Below are positions 42,651 to 52,392 of a DNA stretch of 64,000 nucleotides, one piece after another; positions within the stretch are counted from its first letter, which is position 1, and the number at the start of each line of letters is the position of its first letter. The stretch lies in assembly GCA_038249195.1 (NCBI GenBank), contig JBBRWM010000005.1:190220-254219 (forward strand), given 5' to 3'. The notes beneath the pieces were generated by a model, which did no database searches, had not been told where the DNA came from, and saw nothing but the letters and a program-made list of their open reading frames with translations. This DNA comes from Actinomycetota bacterium. Its GTDB lineage: Bacteria > Actinomycetota > UBA4738 > HRBIN12. Both the position numbers and the translations under genes were made by a program.

Positions 42651-42735
42651 TCGGGCGAACGAGAGTCCGCCGGCCCTCCGGCGACAAAGGGGCGGCGCCG
42701 CATCTCGCTATCGCTCGGTGCCCTATCATCGTCCG

Positions 42736-43473
42736 ATGTCAGAGCAGCCACGCATGGATCCGGTCCGGGGCGCCGCCGCGCTTGTCGATGACCGTTTCAG
42801 CGATGCTCGCGCCGCGATCCTCGCGGGGAGCGTCGTTACCGGGCACGCCACGGCCGCATCTGACCTCGATATCGTGGTCATCGGCGATGATGGGAGCGCG
42901 CCCTGCCGGATTTGCCTCGTGTATCAGGGCTGGCCGGCTGAGGCCTTCATCCACACCGAGGACACGATCCACGGGTTCTGGGCGCTCAAGGATGAGCTGG
43001 TGCGGCCGGCGCTGGCCCTGATGTGCGCGCGGGGCGAGATCCTGCGGGACCGCGATGGCAGCGGGGCGCGGATCCAGTCCGAGGCTCGCGAGCATCTCGA
43101 TGCCGGACCACCGGCGCTCTCGGCTGCCGACCGCGACGGCCTCCGCTACTCGCTTACCGACTGCCTGGATGACTTCCTGGCGGGTCCGCGACACGAGGAG
43201 CTGCCGTTCATCGTAAGCACCCTCACGGAGTGTCTCTGCGAGGTTGCTATGGAGAACCGACGAGCGTTCCGGGGGAGCGGCAAGTGGATCTACCGCATGG
43301 CCCACGAGGCCGACCCGGCCTTCGCAGCCGAGCTGTCGGCCGCGCTGGAGGCGATCGGCGCCGGCGATCATGACCTTCTTGCAGACCTAGCCCGGGCCGA
43401 ACTCGATGCAGCCGGCGGTCCGCTGTTCGACGGCTACCGGGCCGACGGCCGTCCCATCCTGGCGAGCGGGTAG
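42736..43473 (+). CDS. Pol-beta superfamily nucleotidyltransferase domain protein
   Basis: LAGSVVTG...SDLDIVV (GS..DxD) followed by a helical C-terminal domain. Confidence 0.8.
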   Translation: MSEQPRMDPVRGAAALVDDRFSDARAAILAGSVVTGHATAASDLDIVVIGDDGSAPCRICLVYQGWPAEAFIHTEDTIHGFWALKDELVRPALALMCARGEILRDRDGSGARIQSEAREHLDAGPPALSAADRDGLRYSLTDCLDDFLAGPRHEELPFIVSTLTECLCEVAMENRRAFRGSGKWIYRMAHEADPAFAAELSAALEAIGAGDHDLLADLARAELDAAGGPLFDGYRADGRPILASG

Positions 43474-43500
43474 CCGAACGGCGATCGGGACCGTGGACAC

Positions 43501-43730
43501 GGCTCGTCCCCGGTCGACGCCGAAGATGCGCTCCAGGACACGCTGCTTCGTGCCTGGCGCGGACTCGCGCGCTACGAAGAGCGAAGCTCGCTTCGCTCCT
43601 GGCTGTATCGCATCGCTACCAACGTCTGTCTGCGCGCGATCGAACAACGGTCCAGGCGGGTGCTCCCGATCGACTACGTGCCCGCGACCGATCCGCATGA
43701 GGGCCTGGGCGATCCGGTGATGGAGCCTCA
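43501..43730 (+). pseudogene. Fragment of a SigG-like ECF sigma factor (region 2 only)
   Basis: DAEDALQDTLLRAWRGLARYEERSSLRSWLYRIATNVCL...RRVLPID; no start codon, no region 4. Confidence 0.8.
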
Positions 43731-43792
43731 GCGGATGCGTGGTAGCGGATCACGGCGATCGTGTATCCGCGAGCGTGAATGGCCGACGCGCC

Positions 43793-44731
43793 TCATCGGC
43801 GGCCATCGCTCGGAGCAGATGGTTGCGGGGTCCCGGCGCGTCGAGACGGGAGTAAAGTTCGGCGATCGGCGAGGACCTCCTCCACCGTGCGTTTCGCGAG
43901 CGCCACGAACGCCGGGTTGGTCTCTCGGTAGTACGGGATGATCATGACGGCCTGATGGAGGGCGTAGCCCCACGCACGCAGGTAGGTCTCGTCGTCGACC
44001 TCGAGTGCGTCACGGAACACCCGACGCCCGACAGGACCGAAGACGCTCCAAGCGGCGATCACGTCGGCCGCCGGGTCTCCGACCCCTGCGCCACCGAAGT
44101 CGATGATTGCTCGAAGTCGACCGTGTTGAACGAGCAGGTTCGGCCTGAGCAGGTCGGCGTGTATCCAGGCGGGCTTCCCTCGCCACGCCGGTGCGTCGAG
44201 CGCCTGCTCCCAGGCGCTCGTTGCAGCTTCGGTGTCGATGACGCTCCGCGACGACCGGATCGCCTCACGCGTGTCGGCATCGAGATCCCCGAGCGGACGT
44301 CGACCCGCCCGAGGCGCCCCGGCGACGGGCTCCATGCCTCGCAGATCGATGACGAATCGAGCGAGATCGAGGGCGGCGCGCCGTTCATCGTCAACGAGGT
44401 CATCCGCATACGGCTCGCCTTCGATCCATCCGTAGACCGCCCAGGAGAAGGGATAGCCGTTCGCCGGGCGACCGAGTGCCACGGGCCGGGGAACCTGCAG
44501 GGAGACATGCGGGGCGAGCTTCGGAAGCCAGGTCCACTCCGTTTGCAGGTCCTTCGCCCATGACGCGACGCGGGGCAGTCGCGCGCAGAGATGATCGCCG
44601 AGTCGGTAGATGGCATTCACCGTTCCGGTCGATCGAACCTCGCTGATCGCCAGGTCGCGCATCTGCGGGAGCTGTGCGCTCACGAGGCGAGCCACGAGAT
44701 CGACGTCGATGTCGACCTCGTCCGGATGCAT
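43793..44731 (-). CDS. Aminoglycoside phosphotransferase (APH) family kinase
   Basis: GTVNAIYRLG, RLPR, WIHADLLRPNLL, IIDFG..GVGDPAAD. Confidence 0.88.
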   Translation of the reverse strand: MHPDEVDIDVDLVARLVSAQLPQMRDLAISEVRSTGTVNAIYRLGDHLCARLPRVASWAKDLQTEWTWLPKLAPHVSLQVPRPVALGRPANGYPFSWAVYGWIEGEPYADDLVDDERRAALDLARFVIDLRGMEPVAGAPRAGRRPLGDLDADTREAIRSSRSVIDTEAATSAWEQALDAPAWRGKPAWIHADLLRPNLLVQHGRLRAIIDFGGAGVGDPAADVIAAWSVFGPVGRRVFRDALEVDDETYLRAWGYALHQAVMIIPYYRETNPAFVALAKRTVEEVLADRRTLLPSRRAGTPQPSAPSDGRR

Positions 44732-44821
44732 CTTGGCGACACCCTCCGGCTCGTCTCCGCACGGCTTCTCTCGCACATCCACATCATCGCCGAGTGAACG
44801 TTGCAGCGACGACCGAGCGGA

Positions 44822-46738
44822 TCACACCGGGCAGTTCCACGAGGAAGGCTGGCGCGGAGGATCGGATGACTCGCGGACGGTGTGCGAGGGCGAAGAACGG
44901 CCGCGGCCGAGCGCCCTCAGCGCGTTGAGGATCGAGGTCACGTCGATGGCTTCCTGGACGAGGGCCCCGCCCACCGGGCCGATCACGCCCACGGCGCCCA
45001 GGGTCATGAAGCCGAACGCGAGTCCCATGCCGAGCAGGGCACTCTGCGCCGCGATCGAGCGCGAGCGACGTCCGATGGCAACGGCGTCGACGAGCCGATC
45101 GAGCCGATCGACGGCGAAGACGACGTCGGCCGCCTCCGTCGAGGCCGTGGCGCCGCGTGCACCCATCGCGACGCCCACGTCCGCCATCGACAGCGCCGGT
45201 GCGTCGTTGATGCCGTCTCCGACCATGATGGTGATGTGGCCGGCTCGACGCTCCGAGGCCACGGCCTCGACCTTCTGGGCCGGGGAGCAAGCGGACAACA
45301 CATCGTCGAGGCCGATGGGCCCGGCGATCGTGGTGGCGACCTCGGGCCGGTCTCCCGTGACCATGATCGTTCGTTCGATGCCCAGCCTCCTCAGCGACGC
45401 GACCACATCGGCAGCCTCTTGCCGCGGGGGGTCGTCGAGCACCACGGCCCCGGCGACCACGTCGTCGACGCCCACGAGGGCGAAGGAGGAGCCGGCCAGT
45501 GTGGCGCGCCGGAGCGCCTCTGCCGCGGCCGAGGGGCAGGCACGGCCCGCCGCCACGAAGCTCGCGCTCCCGACCGTCACCTCCCTGCCGTCGACGCGCC
45601 CGCGGATCCCGACGCCGTGCGTCTCGGTCACTGCCTCGGGCACGGACAGCGCGAGGCCGCGCTCCCGCGCGCCCCGGACGATGGCCTCCGCCACAACGTG
45701 CGGCGAGGCCTGATCCAACGAGGCCGCGAGGCGGAGCACCGCGCGTTCGTCGAGACCGCCGAACGACTCGACCCGGGCCACCGCGGGGGCGCCGGTCGTC
45801 AGCGTGCCGGTCTTGTCGAACAGCACCACGCTCGCGCGGCCGAGCGCCTCGAGGGCCCCGCCTCCCTTCACGATGATGCCGAGGCGGGCTGCCCGCGAGA
45901 TTCCGGCCACGATCGCCACGGGGACCGCGAGGATCAGGGGGCAGGGGGTCGCGACCAAGAGCACCGAGAGCGCACGCACCGGATCGCCGGTGGCGATCCA
46001 TGCGGTCGCGGCCATCGCGAGCGCCACCGGCACGAAGATGTCCGCGTACCGATCGGCCAGGCGTGTCGCCGGCGCCTTCGACGTCTCCGCCTCACGCACC
46101 AGACGGATGATCCCGGCGTAGGTGCTGGCCTCGGCCGTGGCGGAGGCTCGCAGGTCGAACCCCGTCCCGGCGTTCACGACTCCCGAACGCACGGGCTCAC
46201 CCGCTCGCCGGTCCAGCAAGCGAGATTCGCCGGTGAGAGCCGATTCGTCCAGGACGGCGGGACCAAGGGCCACCCCGTCGACGGGCACCACCTCGCCGCT
46301 CTTGATCAGGAGGACATCGCCGGGGCGCACGCGCTCGATGGGCCATCCGACGAGCCGTCCGTCCTCGTAGCGCGTGACCGACCGGGGGGCGCGCTCGACC
46401 AGCGCGGACAGGTCCCGTCGAGCTCGGCGGTTCGCGAAGGCTTCGAGCGCCCTTCCGCTCGAGAGCATGAGGGTGATGATGGCCCCGGCGAGGTATTCGC
46501 CGAGGGCGAGCGATCCGGCGATCGCGAGGACGGCCACCACGTCAACGCCGGCCTCCCGCTTCCGCAGGCTCGCGACGACGCCGATCAGGAGCGGCACGAG
46601 GGCGACGGCCGTGATGAAGCCCCATGCGATCTCGGCCATCCCGTGGGCGCCCGCGAGCCAGAGGATCGCCCCGGCGGCCACGACGGACGCAGACGTCACG
46701 AACCAGAGCCCGCTCACGTTCCTCGCCGAGTCGTTCAT
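44822..46738 (-). CDS. Heavy-metal P1B-type ATPase (PCP motif, P1B-5-like)
   Basis: LTGES, ATPCPLILAVP, DKTGTLT, MVGDGINDAPAL, QEAIDV..LNALR. Confidence 0.9.
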   Translation of the reverse strand: MNDSARNVSGLWFVTSASVVAAGAILWLAGAHGMAEIAWGFITAVALVPLLIGVVASLRKREAGVDVVAVLAIAGSLALGEYLAGAIITLMLSSGRALEAFANRRARRDLSALVERAPRSVTRYEDGRLVGWPIERVRPGDVLLIKSGEVVPVDGVALGPAVLDESALTGESRLLDRRAGEPVRSGVVNAGTGFDLRASATAEASTYAGIIRLVREAETSKAPATRLADRYADIFVPVALAMAATAWIATGDPVRALSVLLVATPCPLILAVPVAIVAGISRAARLGIIVKGGGALEALGRASVVLFDKTGTLTTGAPAVARVESFGGLDERAVLRLAASLDQASPHVVAEAIVRGARERGLALSVPEAVTETHGVGIRGRVDGREVTVGSASFVAAGRACPSAAAEALRRATLAGSSFALVGVDDVVAGAVVLDDPPRQEAADVVASLRRLGIERTIMVTGDRPEVATTIAGPIGLDDVLSACSPAQKVEAVASERRAGHITIMVGDGINDAPALSMADVGVAMGARGATASTEAADVVFAVDRLDRLVDAVAIGRRSRSIAAQSALLGMGLAFGFMTLGAVGVIGPVGGALVQEAIDVTSILNALRALGRGRSSPSHTVRESSDPPRQPSSWNCPV

Positions 46739-46839
46739 CGATCGCCTCCCGGGGCCGATCCCCTCCCAACGCGACCGTAGCCCCCGCACCAGCCGGTTCG
46801 GTCGCCGTTGGGCCCGCTCCGGCGGGGACTCCTGGCCGT

Positions 46840-46992
46840 TCGCTCGCCTGGTTCAACCACCACGGCCAGGCGATCTGGCGGGAGCCGCGCGGGGTGGCCG
46901 CCGGCGACGACGTGCCGCAGCTGTCGATCCATCGCGGCGCCCTTCGCTCGTGTTGTTGGACGCCGTTCGGGAGCGACTGGGAGACGACGCCG
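46840..46992 (+). pseudogene. Internal fragment of a flavin-dependent monooxygenase
   Basis: LAWFNHHGQAIWREPRGVAAG..PQLSIHRGAL then frameshift to LLDAVRERLG. Confidence 0.6.
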
Positions 46993-47060
46993 AGATGACC
47001 GCCGAGGGCGACCTCCTCCTCAGGGCCGCCGAGATCCACTCCACAGTGCGACAGGGGGAC

Positions 47061-47192
47061 TCAGCGACCGGCCGCCCTCCGGAACTCGCGCACCATGAGG
47101 TCCCGCCAGACGCCACCGGCCACGTACGGATCGTCGGTGACCCACGCGTCGAGCTCCTCGCGGTCGGTGAAGTCCACCACCATCACTCCACC
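47061..47192 (-). pseudogene. C-terminal fragment of a YciI family protein
   Basis: GGVMVVDFTDREELDAWVTDDPYVAGGVW...stop; N-terminal half absent. Confidence 0.65.
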
Positions 47193-47260
47193 GGCCCACG
47201 GCTCGCGCCGCGGATGCCACTGGCTGGACGGTGGCCGGCGCCGTGACTACCGTGCCCCGG

Positions 47261-48466
47261 ATGACGCTAGGCGATCTGACGATGGGTGGGCGGGCAAGGG
47301 CTGGGATCATCGCGATAGCCGTCGGGCTCGCCGCGTGCCAGGCCGAGCAGCCGGCACCGCCGGACCAAGGATCGGCAAGTGGGGCGACGCCGGCCCCGAC
47401 GATCCCGCCTCCCGGTGGGCCTGCCGTCGAGACCGTGACCCCCATCGCCACGATGGCGCAGCCGCGGGCCGTCCAGACCGCGACGCGACTCCCTGGCGGC
47501 TCGGTTCTCGTGGTGGGCGGTTGCACGGACCCGGGGTGCGAGCTGGGCAGTGGGGACAGGCGGCAGAGATCTTCGATCCATCCACGGGCAGCTTCCTGCG
47601 CTCGGGCAGGCTGCGGCTCGGCTTCCGGGACGACCACACGGCCACGCTGTTGAAGGGCGGCCGGGTCCTGATCGCCGGTGGATGGGGCTCCTTGGACGTG
47701 CTGAGCACCACGGAGTTGTTCGACCCCGCGTCCGGCTCCTTCTCCGTTGGTCCGCCGATGCGATCGCCGCGCGCGGGCTTCACGGCCGTGCGACTGCGCG
47801 ACGGTCGGGTGCTCCTGGCCGGTGGGTTCCTGGACAACGAACCCACCACGGCGGCGGCGGATCTGTACGACCCCGGCGCCGACGCCATCGGGCGGACAGG
47901 ATCCATGGGGCGGCCCCGGGGCGCCTACGTGGCGGCCCTGATGCCCGACGGGGCGGGTCCTGATTGCGGGGGGCATCGACGACGGGCGGGTCCTGGCATC
48001 GGCCGAGATCTACGATCCGGTGAGCGGGACGTTCGCCTCGACCGGTCCCATGAGCCGACCCAGGTACAAGGCCGGGGCCATCGCCCTCGCCGATGGGACC
48101 GTCATGGTCGTCGGCGGATCGGCCGACATCGAGGGCAGCCGCCGCTACGCAAGCACGGAGGTCTACGATCCCGTCTCGGGAACGTTCGCGCCAGGGCCGG
48201 CGATGGCCCACCCCCGCTACAAGATCGGCTCGTCGCTGGTCCCGCTTCCGCATGGGGACGTGCTCGTGGCGGGAGGGGCGGCCCAGGTCGAGCGATACGA
48301 CGCCGGCGCGGGACGGTTCGTACCCGTGGAGGGGAGCCTCGACGGAGCTCGGCTCTTCCTGACGGCGACGGGTCTCGGGCGCCGGGACGCGCTGCTGCTC
48401 GGCGGCTACGACGACCAGATCGTGCCCACGAGCCAGGCGTGGGAGTACCGCTCGCCTGCTCGATGA
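47261..48466 (+). pseudogene. Kelch-repeat lipoprotein split by two frameshifts (about 47560 and 47952)
   Basis: Lipobox GLAAC; repeated ATxLxxGxVLxxGG...ExYDP kelch blades spread over three frames. Confidence 0.8.
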
Positions 48467-48525
48467 CGATCGCCGACGTGCCGGAGTCGACGAGCCGGTC
48501 GAGCACGCCGAGCAGGTTGTACGCG
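48459..48525 (-). pseudogene. Short fragment of a UvrA/DrrC-like ABC ATPase
   Basis: NLLGVLDRLVDSGTSAIVIE resembles the LLxxLDRLVDxGxSVIVIEH segment after the Walker B motif. Confidence 0.5.
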
Positions 48526-48580
48526 TCCGTCCTCGTGGTCTCGCTCACCGTGCCTTCATCCGCATCGTAATCTGCTCCGC

Positions 48581-50365
48581 GTGCGGCAGATCGAGGACTA
48601 CGCGCTGATCGGCGACCTGCAGACCGCCGCGCTCGTGAGCCGCGCGGGCTCCATCGACTGGTGCTGTTTCCCACGGTTCGATTCCGCCGCCTGCTTCGCG
48701 GCCCTCCTTGGCACGAGCGACGCCGGCCGATGGCTCCTGGCGCCGGCGACCCACGTGCGTCGTCACACCCGCCGGTACCGCCCCGACACCCTCATCCTCG
48801 AGTCGGTCTTCGAGACCGACGAGGGGACGATCCGCGTGATCGATCTCATGCCGCCCCGCGGGCACGCGCCCGACATCGTCCGCATCGTGGAGGGCCTGTC
48901 CGGGAGCGTCCCGATGCGTTCCGAGCTCGTCATCCGGTTCGACTACGGGCGCATCCTTCCCTGGGTGCGGCGGGTCGACGACTCCTTGATCGCGATCGCC
49001 GGGCCCGACGCGCTGTGCCTACGATCGCCCGTGGCGACGCATGGCGAGGACATGAAGACCGTTTCGGAGTTCGCCGTCGAGGCCGGCGATCGGCTGGGGT
49101 TCGTCCTGACGTGGTTCCCGTCCCACGAGTCGATGCCCCACGCTGTGGATCCGGAGCGAGCGCTGAGTGACACCGAGGACTATTGGCTCGATTGGGCGGC
49201 CACGCTCGCGAGCGACGGCGACTATCACGAGGAGGTGAACCGCTCGCTCATCGTGCTGAAGGCGATGACGTATGCCCCCACCGGAGGGTTGGTGGCGGCC
49301 CCCACCACGTCGCTGCCGGAGTGGATCGGCGGCGGGCGCAATTGGGACTACCGGTTCTGCTGGCTCCGCGACGCGACGCTCACCCTCGTTGCGATGTTGG
49401 AGGCAGGCTCACGCGAGGAGGCCGTGCGGTGGCGGGCGTGGCTGCTGCGCGCCGTGGCCGGCGATCCGGCCGACCTGCAGATCATGTACGGGATCGACGG
49501 CGGGCGGCGCCTCGACGAGGAGGAGCTGGGCTGGCTGGAGGGGTTCGAGGGCTCGACGCCGGTGCGGGCCGGCAACGCCGCCTGCGGCCAGCTTCAGCTC
49601 GACGTGTACGGAGAGGTGCTCGACGCGCTCTATCAAGCCCGTCGGCACGGGGCACCTCCCGACGACGACGCCTGGTCCCTGCAGCGCAAGCTGCTCGGCT
49701 GGCTGGAACAGGGATGGCGGCGGAAGGACACGGGCATCTGGGAAGTCCGCGGCCCCGCCCGGCATTTCACGCATTCCAAGGTGATGGCGTGGGTCGCGTT
49801 CGACCGCGCGGTCAAGGCCCACGACGAGTTCGAGCGCACGGGGCCGGCCGATCGCTGGCGGGAGATCCGCGACGAGATCCATGCCGACGTGCTCGCGAAC
49901 GCCTGGGACACCGACAGCCAGGCCTTCACGCAGTCCTACGGTTCGCAGGACCTGGACGCGAGCGTGTTGCTCATGCCGCACGTGGGCTTCATCGACGCGA
50001 ATGATCCGCGATTCCTGTCCACCGTGAAGGCCGTCCGGCGCGAGCTGACGAAGGACGGGCTCGTGCTCCGGTACCGTTCGCGCCGCGACGGCGCCGTCGA
50101 CGGGTTGTCCGACCCGGAGGGGATCTTCTTGCCGTGCTCCTTCTGGCTCGCCGACGTGCTCGCGATGCAGGGCGATATCGAAGGCGCGCGCGAGCTGTTC
50201 GAACGCTTGCTCGACCTGCGCAACGACGTGGGACTCCTCTCGGAGGAGTTCGACGCGGGATCCGGCCGGCTGTTGGGCAATTTCCCGCAGGCGTTCACGC
50301 ACCTGTCCCTCATCAACACGGCCTTCGTCCTGAAGGAGGGCCGCGCCATGCGTCAGGCGGGGTGA
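48581..50365 (+). CDS. Glycoside hydrolase family 15 (trehalase/glucoamylase-like)
   Basis: IEDYALIGD, AAPTTSLPE..GGGRNWDYRFCWLRD, QLDVYGE, GIWEVRG, LLSEE...GNFPQAFTH. Confidence 0.93.
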   Translation: MRQIEDYALIGDLQTAALVSRAGSIDWCCFPRFDSAACFAALLGTSDAGRWLLAPATHVRRHTRRYRPDTLILESVFETDEGTIRVIDLMPPRGHAPDIVRIVEGLSGSVPMRSELVIRFDYGRILPWVRRVDDSLIAIAGPDALCLRSPVATHGEDMKTVSEFAVEAGDRLGFVLTWFPSHESMPHAVDPERALSDTEDYWLDWAATLASDGDYHEEVNRSLIVLKAMTYAPTGGLVAAPTTSLPEWIGGGRNWDYRFCWLRDATLTLVAMLEAGSREEAVRWRAWLLRAVAGDPADLQIMYGIDGGRRLDEEELGWLEGFEGSTPVRAGNAACGQLQLDVYGEVLDALYQARRHGAPPDDDAWSLQRKLLGWLEQGWRRKDTGIWEVRGPARHFTHSKVMAWVAFDRAVKAHDEFERTGPADRWREIRDEIHADVLANAWDTDSQAFTQSYGSQDLDASVLLMPHVGFIDANDPRFLSTVKAVRRELTKDGLVLRYRSRRDGAVDGLSDPEGIFLPCSFWLADVLAMQGDIEGARELFERLLDLRNDVGLLSEEFDAGSGRLLGNFPQAFTHLSLINTAFVLKEGRAMRQAG

Positions 50366-50449
50366 GGCCACTCGTGGGCTCGCCGGAAAGGGCACGGCGT
50401 CGCCCGGGTCGATCTGGCGATCCGGAAGGCGACCGGCGATCGTCGTGGG

Positions 50450-50604
50450 GCAGCGGGTCGCGAGCGGATCTCGAGCTCCCCGTCGAGGGCCGAGAGCCGG
50501 TCCGCCATGCCCTGGAGCCCGGTGCCCTCACGCGTGGCGGCCGGGTCGAACCCCACGCCGTCGTCGGTGACGTCGAACCCGAGGTGCCCATCGGCCTCCC
50601 ACAC
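50450..50604 (-). pseudogene. C-terminal HATPase fragment of a NarX-type sensor kinase
   Basis: FDVTDDGVGFDP...GTGLQGMADRLSALDGELEIRSRP; no upstream kinase domains. Confidence 0.7.
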
Positions 50605-50624
50605 GGGGATCTCGGGGCAGGTCG

Positions 50625-50760
50625 CGGGCCCGGCAGCATAGGCCGGATCGCGCGAGGGATCGGGGATGCGGGGATCAAACCTCGGGTCATGTACGTGGCC
50701 GGCGACAACCGGGCCGTGGTCGTCAGCGACGACAATGCTCGGACGATGGAGTTGATGAGC
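50625..50760 (+). pseudogene. Possible ACT-domain protein fragment
   Basis: PGSIGRIARGIGDAGI..VMYVAGDNRAVVVSDD. Confidence 0.35.
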
Positions 50761-50851
50761 TCCTACAGCGTTGCCCGGATCAAGGATCCATGGCGACGGG
50801 GCCCGCTCCGCGTCGAGACAACCACGCCAGGCGTTCGCCCCCGCGCAAAGC

Positions 50852-51406
50852 CTACCCGTCGGGGGTCGTGCGCCCGTACTGATCCGGGATGCTTCCCCAA
50901 CCCCACGTGACGACAGGACCCTTCGGACGCACGCCGTACACGTCCTCCGGGTCGACTCCGACCTCGATCACCGTGCACCGGTGTGTCCAGCCATCTCCGA
51001 AGTCGAATTCGTACTCGAAGACCTCCCCCTCCTCCCGCCGCGCGAGCTTGCTCCGCGCGGCGTCACGATACGGAAGCTCGTCGTCCGGGATCCCGATCCC
51101 GACGCCATCGGCCATCCGAAAGGCGTACAGATGTCCCAGATCCCACCGTGCGAACGCGGCGTTGATCGTCTCGGCGAGCTGCCGGAACGTGTGCTGGGGC
51201 GAGATCAACACGTCGCGCCCCGGAGGTGGGTCGCACACGATACCGCGGCCATGCGGGAGCTCGATCCTGATGACGTACCAACCGTCGAGTCGTCCCGAAG
51301 GCCCGGGCTTCGGAAGCGTGATCCTCTCCAGCCGCTCCGCGAGGAGCGACATCGTCTCCGGATCCTTGGCCTCCACCAGGCGCAAGATCCGCTCGCGATC
51401 GTCCAC
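50852..51406 (-). CDS. pRiA4b ORF-3-like (IS1096 passenger TnpR-like) protein
   Basis: TFRQLAETINAAFARWDLGHLYAF...FEYEFDFGDGWTHRC. Confidence 0.75.
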   Translation of the reverse strand: MDDRERILRLVEAKDPETMSLLAERLERITLPKPGPSGRLDGWYVIRIELPHGRGIVCDPPPGRDVLISPQHTFRQLAETINAAFARWDLGHLYAFRMADGVGIGIPDDELPYRDAARSKLARREEGEVFEYEFDFGDGWTHRCTVIEVGVDPEDVYGVRPKGPVVTWGWGSIPDQYGRTTPDG

Positions 51407-51649
51407 GTGCCGCCACCCCCCGATCCGCGACGCGAAAGGCGCATCCTAAGCACGGAACCCGTAGTCGCGCCATCCGAGGCGGCGGAGGATCGGCGGTGGT
51501 GCGAGCAACGTCACCGCGCGGCGACCGGACCCAACTGCTGAGCGAGGGGTTCCGCGAGGAGGGCGATCGCTACGAGATCACCGTCGGTGGGGGAGAGTGC
51601 CAAGCCTACGTCTCCTTGGGTGATCGTCCGCCACGTTGGCCCTCTATCG

Positions 51650-52300
51650 CTAGGTGGTGACGCCGAGGTCCTGGCCGATCAGGCTCGTGAGCGTCGCCTC
51701 ACCGAGACCGCCCACCCAGATGTCGGCGATCGCTCCGCCCGGCCGCACGAAGATCGTGGTGGGCATCCCCGTTGTGCCGGCCGCGCGGAAGAAGGCCCCT
51801 GAGGCGTCGATCCCGGCCGGGTAGGTGATACCCGTTCGCTGGGCGAGCGCGATGCTGGCCGCCGTGCTATCGCTCTGCGAGACGCCGAGGAAGCGCACTC
51901 GATCGCCGAGGGCCTGATGGACCTTCTCGAACTCGGGCATCTCGCCTACACAGTTCGGGCACCAGGACGCGAAGAAGTTGATGACGAGCGGCTTGTCGGA
52001 GAGGGTGGCATAGTCGATCGTACCGCTGCCCTCGAGGGTTGGGAGCTCGAGCCGTTCGAGGGTGCCGCCTCTGCGGATCGTTCCCGCGTACGCAACCTCC
52101 TGGGACGAGTCGCGGCGGATGTCTCGGGTCAGGACGAGCCCGATCGCGCCCACCAGGACAACCACCGTCTCCAGCACGCCAAACCGCCGCAGCCCGGCAC
52201 CGGCGCGATCCCGCCGCCGCTGTCGCTTCCGCTCCGCCGCGGCCTTGGCGCGACGTTCGGTCTTGCGCGCCCTCGCTCCGTCATCTCGTCCTATCGACAT
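51650..52300 (-). CDS. Membrane-anchored TlpA/ResA-like thiol-disulfide oxidoreductase (start uncertain)
   Basis: TM segment, KPLVINFFASWCPNC..EMP, GMPTTIFV. Confidence 0.85.
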   Translation of the reverse strand: MSIGRDDGARARKTERRAKAAAERKRQRRRDRAGAGLRRFGVLETVVVLVGAIGLVLTRDIRRDSSQEVAYAGTIRRGGTLERLELPTLEGSGTIDYATLSDKPLVINFFASWCPNCVGEMPEFEKVHQALGDRVRFLGVSQSDSTAASIALAQRTGITYPAGIDASGAFFRAAGTTGMPTTIFVRPGGAIADIWVGGLGEATLTSLIGQDLGVTT

Positions 52301-52302
52301 AG

Positions 52303-52330
52303 GGACGCCGTGGATGCCCCAACGATTCCT
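52303..52330 (-). promoter_or_regulatory. ECF promoter motif AGGAAT-N17-CGTCC facing the TlpA gene
   Basis: Minus strand AGGAAT cgttggggcatccacgg CGTCC; same spacing as three other copies. Confidence 0.75.
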
Positions 52331-52338
52331 TGATGTTG

Positions 52339-52366
52339 GGGAATCCCAGGGGGCGCACGCGCGTCC
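52339..52366 (+). promoter_or_regulatory. ECF promoter motif GGGAAT-N17-CGTCC facing the DUF3179 gene
   Basis: GGGAAT cccagggggcgcacgcg CGTCC. Confidence 0.8.
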
Positions 52367-52392
52367 ACCTTTGATAGAGATTGGAGGCGCCG

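Noticed and set aside
34290-52300. Integron-like cassette array of short accessory genes
   Set aside because: Genes lie in both orientations, and no recurring attC-like palindromes or IntI were seen.
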